Assembly (NCBI GenBank): GCA_040905305.1
Contig: JBBDRU010000104.1
Span: 1 to 43,371 of the forward strand
Reading direction: 5' to 3'
Origin: Salibacteraceae bacterium
Lineage (GTDB): Bacteria; Bacteroidota; Bacteroidia; Flavobacteriales_G; Salibacteraceae
Length of the DNA stretch: 43,371 nucleotides
Each line of letters opens with the position of its first letter. Position 1 is the stretch's first letter. A program made the translations under genes and the position numbers. Below the pieces are notes generated by a model, which had not been told where the DNA came from, did no database searches, and was given only the letters and a program-made list of their open reading frames with translations. Of this stretch, positions 32,140-41,247 are shown one piece after another.

Positions 32140-32733
32140 TCATGGAGCCAGTCGTTGTTTTTGCCACCGTTCATTTTCAAATATAAAAACGAAGCGATCA
32201 TGTAATCGAGCGCTATGACCCGTCCAAAACTCAATGCGCAATGGCCGGATTAAAAACCCACCCCAATGAGGCGGCCGAGTTACTTTTTTCCCTTCAAACC
32301 GCTTTCTAACGCTTTCCAACTCGCTGATCAACCAATCCCGGTTTTCTATAGCCGAACTCTGGGGCGATGCCCATGCACCCAGCTGGCTTTCTCTTGCCCG
32401 ACCCTCAAAGTAAGCGTCAGAAAGTTCTTCAGGAGCTTTCTCAGCAAGGCCGTTGATCCTGATTTGATGATCGCGCTCGGGCCAGTGCAGTTTCAACGCC
32501 ACTTTTGGGTTTTCCAATAGTTGTTGCGCTTTATTGCTTCGGTAATTGGTGTAAAACACAAATCCTTCTTCCAGCACTTCACGCAGATATACAACCCTTA
32601 CGTGAGGCATCGCTTCACTATCTACTGTTGCTACCGTCATGGCATAGGGCTCTTGAACCTGATGCAAAAGCGCGTCTTGCAACCATTCGCTAAAAAGCTT
32701 CATCGGGTCGGCAGGTAAATCAGGTGTTTCCAT
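32140..32733 (-). CDS. pdxH: Pyridoxamine 5-prime-phosphate oxidase
   Basis: PYAMTVATVD...PHVRVVYLRE, FYTNYRSNKAQQL, RIEFWTG...RLHDR and ...WQKQRLAP are canonical PdxH blocks. Confidence 0.9.
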   Translation of the reverse strand: METPDLPADPMKLFSEWLQDALLHQVQEPYAMTVATVDSEAMPHVRVVYLREVLEEGFVFYTNYRSNKAQQLLENPKVALKLHWPERDHQIRINGLAEKAPEELSDAYFEGRARESQLGAWASPQSSAIENRDWLISELESVRKRFEGKKVTRPPHWGGFLIRPLRIEFWTGHSARLHDRFVFIFENERWQKQRLAP

Positions 32734-32918
32734 ATTGGTTGAGATGAGCGTTTTGAAAGGATCCGCTAAGGTAATTCATGAAGAATAATCAAACTCAGGT
32801 TTTTACTTTCTAAAACTGCCTATCTGATTGTTGTGTTACAAAAGTTACAGACTTGCTTAAATAACAGGCGCAACTTTGCATCATTAAATCAAAGGTTAAA
32901 CGATAAAACAGAAAGAAC

Positions 32919-33224
32919 ATGGGATTTTTTGGAATGTTTGGATCAGACTCCAACGAAACAGTTAAAGATATGCTGGCAAAAGGCGCAGTTGTGGTTGATG
33001 TTAGAACCAGAGCAGAATTTCAGGGAGGCCACGTGGCCGGATCAAAAAACTATCCACTTCAGGAAATTGAAGGAAAGGTGAGTGAGTTAAAGAAGATAAA
33101 CAAGCCTTTGGTCCTTTGCTGCGCGAGTGGAGCAAGAAGCGGTCAGGCAGCGGGTTTTTTAAAGCAGCAGGGAATTGAGTGCGAAAACGGAGGAGGCTGG
33201 ATGGCTGTGAATAGATTGGTTTGA
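32919..33224 (+). CDS. Single-domain rhodanese-like sulfurtransferase
   Basis: VVDVRTRAEFQGGHVAGSKNYPL and the active-site loop LCCASGARSGQA. 101 aa. Confidence 0.85.
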   Translation: MGFFGMFGSDSNETVKDMLAKGAVVVDVRTRAEFQGGHVAGSKNYPLQEIEGKVSELKKINKPLVLCCASGARSGQAAGFLKQQGIECENGGGWMAVNRLV

Positions 33225-33301
33225 AGATTTGCAGCCACATGATTCTCCGTTAAAACAAACACTCAACTGAGCACCAACAAACAAGGAGGTGCAAATTAAA
33301 A

Positions 33302-33329
33302 AGTGCGGAAAATTTCCGCACTTTTTTTT
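33302..33329 (+). terminator. Rho-independent terminator after the rhodanese gene
   Basis: AGTGCGGAAA-A-TTTCCGCACT followed by a T-run (TTTTTTTT). Confidence 0.7.
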
Positions 33330-33641
33330 GCTCCATGCTATCCACTGATTTCGCTGCCGTATTTTGCCGGTTCACCACCATACACTCATCTTTATCCATC
33401 CATCACTCATCAGCACGACCAGATTCTTTGGTTTGATCGTTAAAAAACACCACCTTTTTATAAATTTGAACGCTTTTAATAGGAGTCAAAGTGAATATTT
33501 AGCAATAATTTTCCATTCTTTGTCTTCGATTAAAAAATTCATGTAATGGTAATAATCTGAATGATTTGCCTTTTATATGTTTACAGCCTTAAAATTGAAC
33601 CTTAAGAAAAAGAACAAAAATCCAAATTCAAACCAGTTAAT

Positions 33642-34478
33642 ATGAAACGTAACTTTTTATCTATTGCAATGTCCGTAGCCCTTATCTTCTCTGGCTTAAC
33701 GGTTTCATTTGCGCAAGATGACACCACCTCCACCGAAGGTGATTCAGCAGCCGCTCAAGAAGAAGTAGTAGAAGAACCAACCCCGGTTGAAGAACCTGCT
33801 CCCATGGAAATGGAGGCTGAAGAAGAAGAGGCTGCCGCAGACAAAAGTTTGCATCAGGTAATAAAGCAGAAGTTTATTGAAGGCGGTCCTGAGTTCATGT
33901 CATTCGTATTGATCTGCCTTATTTTGGGCCTTGCTCTATCCATCGAGCGCATTCTATACCTCAACATGGCAACCACCAACACCGGCAAACTGCTGGAAGA
34001 AGTTGATGGCGCCCTTGCAAGTGGTGGTGTTGAAGCTGCAAAAGAAGTTTGCAGAAACACACGCGGACCTGTAGCAAGCATATTCTATCAAGGTTTAGAC
34101 CGTGCAGACCACGGAATTGAAATGGTTGAAAAGTCAGTCGTTTCTTACGGAAGCGTTCAAATGGGCCTGCTTGAAAAAGGACTTTCATGGATTTCGCTTT
34201 TCATCGCTCTGGCTCCGATGCTAGGATTCTTCGGAACGGTAATCGGTATGATTGAAGCCTTTGATGCCATTGCAGCAGCAAACAACATTTCTCCCGGTAT
34301 TGTGGCAGGTGGTATTGGTGTGGCATTGATCACAACAGTATCTGGTTTGTTGGTAGCGATGATTCTTCAGGTTTTCTACAACTACATCGTTGCTAAAGTT
34401 GACAGCCTTGTAAATCAAATGGAAGACGCATCAATCGGTCTTGTTGATCTATTGATTAAGCATAACCACACCAAATAA
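33642..34478 (+). CDS. exbB: MotA/TolQ/ExbB proton-channel family protein with signal peptide and acidic N-terminal extension
   Basis: Three TM helices and the typical LIALAPMLGFFGTVIGMIEAF...GIGVALITTVSGL core. The N-terminus is MKRNFLSIAMSVALIFSGLTVSFAQ followed by an E/A/P-rich stretch. Confidence 0.87.
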   Translation: MKRNFLSIAMSVALIFSGLTVSFAQDDTTSTEGDSAAAQEEVVEEPTPVEEPAPMEMEAEEEEAAADKSLHQVIKQKFIEGGPEFMSFVLICLILGLALSIERILYLNMATTNTGKLLEEVDGALASGGVEAAKEVCRNTRGPVASIFYQGLDRADHGIEMVEKSVVSYGSVQMGLLEKGLSWISLFIALAPMLGFFGTVIGMIEAFDAIAAANNISPGIVAGGIGVALITTVSGLLVAMILQVFYNYIVAKVDSLVNQMEDASIGLVDLLIKHNHTK

Positions 34479-34488
34479 ATATTCGAAC

Positions 34489-34923
34489 ATGTTTGAAAGA
34501 ATCAACAACATTGTGATGCTTGTGATTATCGCCATTGGAGTAATCCTGATGGTGATGACCATGTCATCCGGCTTAACTCCTGAACAGAGTGAATGCACCG
34601 ATTGCGGTGCCGTAGGTTCCTTCATCGGCCTAAGCTACATTCTATTGCTGGTTGCCGTTTTGGCAACTTTAGGTGGTGCGGTATTGCAGGCACTCATGAA
34701 TCCCGGTCAAATTAAAGGAACATTGATCGGTGTTGGAGTGGTAGCAGTAGTTCTTATATTGAGCTACGTATTAGCCGATGGCACGGTAGAGACTTATTTC
34801 GCAAGTGGAACTACAGAAACATCATCAAAGTTAAGCGGTGCAGGACTTTACGCCTTTTACATATTGTTTGTTTTGGCTGTGGTGTCCATCGCTTATTCCT
34901 CAATTTCTAAACTGCTCAAATAA
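34489..34923 (+). CDS. Four-TM small membrane protein inserted in the exbB-exbD cluster (function unknown)
   Basis: 144 aa with four hydrophobic helices, spaced 10 nt after exbB and 5 nt before exbD. Confidence 0.5.
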   Translation: MFERINNIVMLVIIAIGVILMVMTMSSGLTPEQSECTDCGAVGSFIGLSYILLLVAVLATLGGAVLQALMNPGQIKGTLIGVGVVAVVLILSYVLADGTVETYFASGTTETSSKLSGAGLYAFYILFVLAVVSIAYSSISKLLK

Positions 34924-34928
34924 CAGCT

Positions 34929-35543
34929 ATGGCAAGGAAGAAAAGAGAATTACAAGAAATCAATGCAGGGTCGATGGCAGATATTGCCTTCCTGCTCTTG
35001 GTATTCTTCCTCGTTACCACGACAATGGATACCAGCTGGGGACTTGCGCGCAGACTTCCTCCGCCACTTGATGAAAATCAACCTGACCCTCCACCCATTA
35101 AAGACCGCAACGTATTTGTGGTTTTAGCCAATGCCAATGATCAATTGCTGGTAGAGGGCGATTTGATGGAAGTATCCGAACTAAGAGCGGCTGCAAAAGA
35201 ATTCATTGCCAACCCAAGGCGCGAGGAAGGCTTGCCCGAATTTAGAGAAGAGGAAGTTCCGTTATTGGGAACCCGTCAGGTTTCTAAACAAGTTATTTCA
35301 CTTCAGAATGATAACGGCACGTCCTATGATTTGTACATTCAGGTGCAGAATGAGTTGGCCGCTGCATATACTGAATTGAGAAATGAACTCGCACAGCGTG
35401 AGTTTGGTATGTCTTATAATCAAATTGAAGAGTTAGCTAAATCTGAAGAGGCTACTGAAAAGTCTAAGTTAATGCTCGATGCCATTCGGGATATTTACCC
35501 ACAGCGCATTTCTGAAGCAGAACCTAAAAACGTAGGAGGATAA
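34929..35543 (+). CDS. exbD: ExbD/TolR biopolymer transport protein (long form)
   Basis: INAGSMADIAFLLLVFFLVTTTM is the ExbD N-terminal TM signature. 204 aa. Confidence 0.85.
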   Translation: MARKKRELQEINAGSMADIAFLLLVFFLVTTTMDTSWGLARRLPPPLDENQPDPPPIKDRNVFVVLANANDQLLVEGDLMEVSELRAAAKEFIANPRREEGLPEFREEEVPLLGTRQVSKQVISLQNDNGTSYDLYIQVQNELAAAYTELRNELAQREFGMSYNQIEELAKSEEATEKSKLMLDAIRDIYPQRISEAEPKNVGG

Positions 35544-35546
35544 CCC

Positions 35547-36008
35547 ATGTCAAAGTTTAAAAAAGATAACAGCAAAGGAACGCCAGCGGTTAGCACGGCA
35601 TCTCTACCCGATATTGTTTTCATGCTTTTGTTCTTCTTCATGGTAACCACCGTAATGCGCGAAGTTGATTTAAAGATCAAGCTTGATCAGCCGGAAGCCA
35701 CGGAAATTTCCAAATTGGAAGACAAATCTTTGGTGGATTACGTTTATATTGGTGAACCCATGAACTCTGAACTGTATGGAACGGTTGCTAAAATTCAGCT
35801 CGATGATGATTTTGCAACGGTAGAAGACATTCAGGATTATGTGGTTGCCAAACGCGCTGAAAGACCCGAGGCTTTGCAGGGAAAAATAACCGTTTCACTA
35901 AAAGTTGATAAAGAAACCAAAATGGGCATAGTAACCGATGTTAAGCAAGAGCTCAGAAAGGTGCAAGCATTGAAAATCAACTACTCCACCCGCGAGAAAC
36001 TGAATTAA
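35547..36008 (+). CDS. exbD: ExbD/TolR biopolymer transport protein (short form)
   Basis: STASLPDIVFMLLFFFMVTTVM signature. 153 aa. Confidence 0.85.
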   Translation: MSKFKKDNSKGTPAVSTASLPDIVFMLLFFFMVTTVMREVDLKIKLDQPEATEISKLEDKSLVDYVYIGEPMNSELYGTVAKIQLDDDFATVEDIQDYVVAKRAERPEALQGKITVSLKVDKETKMGIVTDVKQELRKVQALKINYSTREKLN

Positions 36009-36014
36009 CTGAAA

Positions 36015-36962
36015 TCAGGTTTGAATGCCGCTGTCTTGATCGATAGCGGCTTTTTTTATGCGTTTGCTGCTAAAGTACAAACTCACCATTCCTGCTGTTA
36101 CTACAGCTAAACTTAGTATCGCATACCTCATCTCTCCGCTGTTTGCCCCGATGGTTTCTACTTGCTCATCAATGGCCTCCAAGCCGATATACCAGGTGAT
36201 CAAAACCGCCAAACCGTTATTGATCAAGTGACCTGCCATAGGTAATATTAAACTCCCTGACCAATGAGCAGCATAGCCAAATACAGCGCCCAGCAATAAC
36301 CTGGGAAAAAAGCCTAAAAACTGCATATGAAAAAAGGAAAACAAAAACGCGGTCAACCAAATCGCTCCATGATAGTTTTTCACCACTTTAAGTAAAATGG
36401 GCTGCATGGTTCCTCTAAAAAAAACCTCCTCACATAACGCTGGAATAAACGCAATTAGAAACAGGTTAAAAAGCAAATCTCCAACCGTTTCCATATGTAA
36501 AAAAGATCGGATCAATACCTCTGCCTGTTTTTCCGTTTGCCGCATCCAGTCTTCAATAGACGAGAAAGCCCCTGGCAAGTGCAGGCCACTATTCCACTCT
36601 GCAACAAAGTTGATAAGGGGCAATGCCGAAATCATGGTGGCTCCAAACACCAACAACATCAACCATCGCCCTTTAACCAAAGCCAATGGGTAACTTTTTT
36701 CCTTGATGAAGTATAAATAGATCAGATAAGGAGCGAAGAACAAGCCTATCGATTGCACTAACTGAAAAACTTTGAGAGCGATCATTTTTTCACCTCCGCC
36801 ATCGGCCAGGCTCATCGGGTCTGTGATGACATCGAGCCCCCACCCCATCGATAAAAATACACCCATCGCGAGCATCATCAAAACAAACATGGCTCCAAAC
36901 CCTAACAAAACAAGAACACCTAGCTGAATAAGGGGATGAGCAGATCGTATGGCTTCACGCAT
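36015..36962 (-). CDS. CPBP-family intramembrane glutamic endopeptidase (CAAX protease-like)
   Basis: Motifs EEVFFRG, FSFFHMQF and HLINN. The start is set at ATG 36962 (MREAIRS...), because the longer track ORF (to 37127) overlaps the divergent dusB gene. Confidence 0.85.
   Translation of the reverse strand: MREAIRSAHPLIQLGVLVLLGFGAMFVLMMLAMGVFLSMGWGLDVITDPMSLADGGGEKMIALKVFQLVQSIGLFFAPYLIYLYFIKEKSYPLALVKGRWLMLLVFGATMISALPLINFVAEWNSGLHLPGAFSSIEDWMRQTEKQAEVLIRSFLHMETVGDLLFNLFLIAFIPALCEEVFFRGTMQPILLKVVKNYHGAIWLTAFLFSFFHMQFLGFFPRLLLGAVFGYAAHWSGSLILPMAGHLINNGLAVLITWYIGLEAIDEQVETIGANSGEMRYAILSLAVVTAGMVSLYFSSKRIKKAAIDQDSGIQT
36027..36057 (+). terminator. Terminator-like hairpin for the exb operon, embedded in the 3-prime coding end of the convergent CPBP gene
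   Basis: GCCGCT-(12 nt)-AGCGGC followed by TTTTTTT (36051-36057). On the minus strand the same bases encode ...KKAAIDQDSGIQT*. Confidence 0.45.
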
Positions 36963-36986
36963 GGATAGAGGTATAAGATTAGGACA

Positions 36987-36994
36987 TAACTTTG
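36987..36994 (+). promoter_or_regulatory. Putative -7 promoter box for dusB
   Basis: TAACTTTG (TAnnTTTG), 12 nt upstream of ATG 37006. Confidence 0.3.
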
Positions 36995-37005
36995 CAGCCG
37001 CAAAA

Positions 37006-38001
37006 ATGGTGAAGATTGCAAACATAGAACTAGGTGAATTCCCTTTACTTCTCGCCCCGATGGAAGATGTAAGCGATCCGCCATTCCGTGCCTTGTGCAA
37101 AAGACACGGTGCAGACCTCATGTACACTGAATTTATCAGCTCAGAAGGCCTGATTCGTGATGCGGCAAAAAGTGTTCAAAAACTTGACATCTACGAAGAT
37201 GAGCGACCCGTTGGGATTCAAATTTTTGGCGGAGAAGAAGATGCCATGCGTGAATCCGCTGAAATCGTTGAACGCACCAACCCTGATTTGCTCGACATAA
37301 ATTTTGGCTGTCCGGTTAAAAAAGTCGTATGTAAAAATGCGGGAGCTGGAATATTGCGAGACATCCCTAAAATGGTAAAGCTCACAAAAGCCATAGTTGA
37401 TAGCACGAGTCTTCCAGTAACGGTTAAAACCCGGCTCGGGTGGGACGAACATTCAAAATACATAATAGAAGTAGCTGAGCGCCTGCAGGATGTTGGCATA
37501 CAAGCCATTTCTATTCATGGCCGAACTCGCGTTCAGATGTATAAAGGCCAAGCCGACTGGACGCTGATCGGTGAGGTAAAAAATAATCCGCGCATTCACA
37601 TTCCGGTTTTTGGAAATGGAGATATTGACACTCCAGAAAAGGCCATTGAAATGCGCAATCGTTTTGGCGTTGATGGCGTAATGATCGGCAGGGCAGCGAT
37701 TGGCTACCCATGGATTTTTGATGAAATAAAACACTTCATGAAAACTGGCAAACATTTGCCCCAGCCGACATTAGAACAGCGAGCCGCCATAGCAAAAGAA
37801 CACTTGCAGCGGTCGATTAAATGGAAGGGAGAGCGATTGGGAATATTAGAAATGCGCAGGCACTATTCAAACTATTTCAAAGGTGTTTCGCACTTTAAAG
37901 AAACACGCACTGTATTAGTTATGGAGTTAAATGCAAGTGCACTGTTTGAAATTCTAGATAACATCAAAGAAGAGAATCATCAGTTGGTAACAACTTTTTG
38001 A
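37006..38001 (+). CDS. dusB: tRNA-dihydrouridine synthase B
   Basis: LLLAPMEDVSDPPFR, DINFGCPV, VTVKTRLGW, ISIHGRT and GNGDI, plus the C-terminal helical domain. The start is set at ATG 37006 (MVKIANIELG). Confidence 0.9.
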   Translation: MVKIANIELGEFPLLLAPMEDVSDPPFRALCKRHGADLMYTEFISSEGLIRDAAKSVQKLDIYEDERPVGIQIFGGEEDAMRESAEIVERTNPDLLDINFGCPVKKVVCKNAGAGILRDIPKMVKLTKAIVDSTSLPVTVKTRLGWDEHSKYIIEVAERLQDVGIQAISIHGRTRVQMYKGQADWTLIGEVKNNPRIHIPVFGNGDIDTPEKAIEMRNRFGVDGVMIGRAAIGYPWIFDEIKHFMKTGKHLPQPTLEQRAAIAKEHLQRSIKWKGERLGILEMRRHYSNYFKGVSHFKETRTVLVMELNASALFEILDNIKEENHQLVTTF

Positions 38002-39206
38002 AGCTTTTGCCGGTTAAGCAGTATCCTTACGGGAATTACACTTGCTACAAAGCCTATCACACCTACCACCGCCAAAACGGCCAATAAATCACTCAGGTGA
38101 AATGCCACCGGATAATACTCAACCAACCCACCCTGCAGCGGGAAGAACCCGATGTACTGCTGAATGAGTACGATAATAATGCCCGTTCCTGACCCCACCA
38201 ACGCCCCCACCGTTGTGATCAGCAATCCTTCAAATAAGAACACGCGCTGCACGTCTTTCACGCTTTGTCCGATCGATCGCAATAAGGAGATGTCTTTCTT
38301 CTTATCAATGATCAACATCGTCAGGCTTCCTATGAGGTTGAAGGTAGCTACGATAAGGATAAAACTCAGGATGAAAAAAGTTACCCACTTTTCTGTAGCG
38401 TTGGTTTTAAAAATGACGTCATTTAGCTCTATCCTTGTTTTAACCACAAATTTATCTCCAAGCAACTGAGAAAGCTTCTCTTTAAACTGCGATTCTTTAA
38501 CTCCCTCATTCAGCGTTATTTCCACAAAAGAGGCCCTTTCGTTATACTTGAGCAATTTAGAAGCGAATTCAAACGGCACGTAACAATAAGAGTAATCAAA
38601 CTCAGGATTCATAGCCACTATTCCAGCAGGTAAAATGCGCTCGGATACAAACTTGTTTTGCGGGTTGAGTGACTTTGTGGCCTCTCTGTTGGCTGCAAAA
38701 ACCTTGATGCCATCATAGGAGTCCCTCACAAAAAGATTTAGATTGTCGGCCACTCCATAACCGATCAGTGCCCGTGCGCTATTCTGAAAGGTGAGTTCAT
38801 GAGTGCCTTCTATAACAAACGGCTCTAAGCCCAGGTTAGGTAAATAAGCTGGCTCAATGCCGCGCAGAGTAACGATGGTTTGCTGGTCTCTAAACTGCAA
38901 AAAAACGGTTTCCTCAAGCATGGGAGCCATGGCTTTTACTTCAGGCCAGGAGGCTATTTCATCCACTTGAGCTGAATCGAGATCGAAGGTTTTTCCCATA
39001 GCCGGAGCGATACGAATATCCGGATCAACAGATGTGTAAAGATCCGCCACCAAAGACTCTAATCCATTAAATGCGCTCAATACAACGATCATCGCAAAGC
39101 TACCAACAGCCACTCCTGCAGCAGCAATTCCAGATATAATGTTGATCACATTCCGGTTTTTCTTAGAAAACAAATAGCGCTTTGCGATGGAAAAGCTTAC
39201 GTTCAC
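37980..39206 (-). CDS. FtsX-like ABC transporter permease (LolC/LolE family)
   Basis: FSIAKRYLFSKKNRNVINIISGIAAAGVAVGSFAMIVVLSAFNG N-terminus, a MacB-like periplasmic domain and a C-terminal FtsX 3-TM bundle. 408 aa. Confidence 0.85.
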   Translation of the reverse strand: MNVSFSIAKRYLFSKKNRNVINIISGIAAAGVAVGSFAMIVVLSAFNGLESLVADLYTSVDPDIRIAPAMGKTFDLDSAQVDEIASWPEVKAMAPMLEETVFLQFRDQQTIVTLRGIEPAYLPNLGLEPFVIEGTHELTFQNSARALIGYGVADNLNLFVRDSYDGIKVFAANREATKSLNPQNKFVSERILPAGIVAMNPEFDYSYCYVPFEFASKLLKYNERASFVEITLNEGVKESQFKEKLSQLLGDKFVVKTRIELNDVIFKTNATEKWVTFFILSFILIVATFNLIGSLTMLIIDKKKDISLLRSIGQSVKDVQRVFLFEGLLITTVGALVGSGTGIIIVLIQQYIGFFPLQGGLVEYYPVAFHLSDLLAVLAVVGVIGFVASVIPVRILLNRQKLQKVVTN

Positions 39207-39548
39207 CTAGTCCTTTTTTAAGATCTCGTCAATGCGATCAGCATAATCGAGCGAATCATCGTAATAAAACCGTATTTCGGGCATTTTTCGAAACTGATTT
39301 CGAATAATTTGATAGAGGTTGTGGCTAATTTCAGTAATGTGATCATTGAGAAGATCAACCACTTTTTCAGGTTCTGTTGTTGGAAACACACTCACATAAA
39401 CCCGCGCAAAACTCAAGTCAGGAACCACCCGCACAATCGTGATGGACACCATGTTTCCCTGACACAAATGCTTAAACGTGCTTTGAAAAAGCATTCCTAA
39501 TTCTCTTTGAATCAATCGCGCTACCTTTTGTTGTCTCACACTTTCCAT
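39207..39548 (-). CDS. rbfA: Ribosome-binding factor A
   Basis: SVRQQKVARLIQRELGMLF...VSITIVRVVPDLSFARVYVSV...MPEIRFYYDDSLDYADRIDEIL. The start is set at ATG 39548, and the stop abuts the lolE-like start. Confidence 0.88.
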   Translation of the reverse strand: MESVRQQKVARLIQRELGMLFQSTFKHLCQGNMVSITIVRVVPDLSFARVYVSVFPTTEPEKVVDLLNDHITEISHNLYQIIRNQFRKMPEIRFYYDDSLDYADRIDEILKKD

Positions 39549-39675
39549 GTGGACAAAAATAGGTATTGGATTAGGTTTTATGAGTTGATGAGAAGATCTG
39601 TGATATCTTGTAAACCTTTCGGTTGACAATTGCGTCTATACCCTTAAATTGCACCATCATAAAAAACATCACACT

Positions 39676-41169
39676 ATGAAGAAACTATTACTTTCATTTT
39701 CTTTTCTATCACTCGCTACACTTGCTAGCGCTCAAATCACCATTACTCAGGCTGATTATGGCTCTGCCGGTGACAGCATTGTTATAGGCACAGATAACGC
39801 AGCTCCAGCTAATTTAAGCGTGGGAGGAACCGGCATGCAAACCTGGGATTACACCATGCTTGCGCTGAACAACATCAACATTCTGAACTTTGTAGATCCT
39901 TCTACTACCATAAGCGGGTCTGCGTTTCCCAATGCAGATTTGGCGATTGAGCGCCTAACGGATACGTTATTTTTTACCTCCAGTGCAGCATCTTTTGATG
40001 TGGACGGAGTGACAGGCGATGGGTTCGGATTAGGGGTTTCTCTTCAGGTTGATTTTAAACCTAACTCCACTCAGATGCAGTTTCCAGCTACGCTAAACGA
40101 CAACTACATTGACACAGCAGTTTTTGACACAACAGTAAGTTGTCAGGAATTTGGCTTTGGTGGGTTTTGTGATTCTGCGAGAATAAAACGAAAATTAATT
40201 GCAACAAGTGAAATTGATGCATACGGAAGCATTCAAACACCCGGTGGAACATTTAACTCCATTCGACAATATTTCAGGGAATTCAACCAGGATACAATAT
40301 GGACAAAAGTGCCTTTTCTGGGATGGCAAATATTCACCGACAGTCAGTCGGTGGTTCACAACTATCGATGGATGGCAAATGATGAAAAATGGCCCGTATT
40401 AAACGCGATTGCAGATGCTCAAAATGGAGACATAATTTCTGCTGAATACGTCATTGGCGATCAAGTGCTTGGGTTCGCTAATAGCGAAATTGACCCTTCT
40501 TGTAACGGTGATTGTGACGGTTCCGCTTCGATTTATGCCGTGGGTGGACAGCCACCATATTCTTACTCATGGCCTGATGGACAAACCACCGCGATGGCCA
40601 CAGGGCTTTGTGCAGGCAATTATATTGTGACCATTGAAGATTCTGATACCAGCTCCTATGAAGTAGAAATACAATTGAACGACCCAAGTCCAATTTCCAT
40701 CGCTGGCGCTGTGCAGGGAGTAAATGTAGATGATGACGGAGCCATTGATGTTACCGTTTCCGGTGGCGCTGGAGGCTATACCTACGAGTGGTCAGGTCCA
40801 GATGGATATACGGCCACTACGGCTGACATTGGTGACCTTGAACCGGGTGAGTACACCCTTATCGCAACAGATCAAAACGATTGTGATACTTCAAAAAGCT
40901 TCCTCGTTGAGTTGACCGGGATTAGAACTGCTGAAGAATCCGGCTTTAACGTTTTTCCTAATCCAGCAAACGAACAATTCACCGTACGCAGCAATAACCT
41001 CATTCAGCACATTACGATGAGTGATTTGCTTGGAAATGTAATGCTGAACCAAAGACCGATGAAAAATACCGTTGAAATCAATACGCTTTCGATCGCTCAA
41101 GGAATTTACATCATCGAAGTTGAAACGGAATCTGGAGTATTTCTGAATAAATTAACCATTCGTCATTGA
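39676..41169 (+). CDS. Secreted T9SS cargo protein with SprB-type repeats and C-terminal Por sorting domain
   Basis: Signal peptide MKKLLLSFSFLSLATLASAQ. Two SprB-like repeats (CNGDCDGSASIYAVGGQPPYSYSWPDGQ... and GAIDVTVSGGAGGYTYEWSGPDGY...). T9SS CTD FNVFPNPANEQFTV...GIYIIEVETESGVFLNKLTIRH. Confidence 0.8.
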   Translation: MKKLLLSFSFLSLATLASAQITITQADYGSAGDSIVIGTDNAAPANLSVGGTGMQTWDYTMLALNNINILNFVDPSTTISGSAFPNADLAIERLTDTLFFTSSAASFDVDGVTGDGFGLGVSLQVDFKPNSTQMQFPATLNDNYIDTAVFDTTVSCQEFGFGGFCDSARIKRKLIATSEIDAYGSIQTPGGTFNSIRQYFREFNQDTIWTKVPFLGWQIFTDSQSVVHNYRWMANDEKWPVLNAIADAQNGDIISAEYVIGDQVLGFANSEIDPSCNGDCDGSASIYAVGGQPPYSYSWPDGQTTAMATGLCAGNYIVTIEDSDTSSYEVEIQLNDPSPISIAGAVQGVNVDDDGAIDVTVSGGAGGYTYEWSGPDGYTATTADIGDLEPGEYTLIATDQNDCDTSKSFLVELTGIRTAEESGFNVFPNPANEQFTVRSNNLIQHITMSDLLGNVMLNQRPMKNTVEINTLSIAQGIYIIEVETESGVFLNKLTIRH

Positions 41170-41217
41170 TGGGTTTCAAAATAGAAACTGACAAAAATCA
41201 TGATTAGCTAAATTAAA

Positions 41218-41247
41218 GCGGGGCACTTTTGATGCCTCGCTTTTTTT
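41218..41247 (+). terminator. Rho-independent terminator after the T9SS cargo gene
   Basis: GCGGGGCA-CTTTTGA-TGCCTCGC (one G-U pair) followed by TTTTTTT. It ends one nt before the next ATG. Confidence 0.55.

Noticed and set aside
36949-37127. Apparent 179-nt head-to-head overlap of the CPBP protease ORF and the dusB ORF
   Set aside because: It is an artefact of extending both ORFs to the most upstream start. Internal ATGs at 36962 (CPBP) and 37006 (dusB, preceded by a TAACTTTG box) give conventional N-termini and a 43-nt divergent intergenic region.
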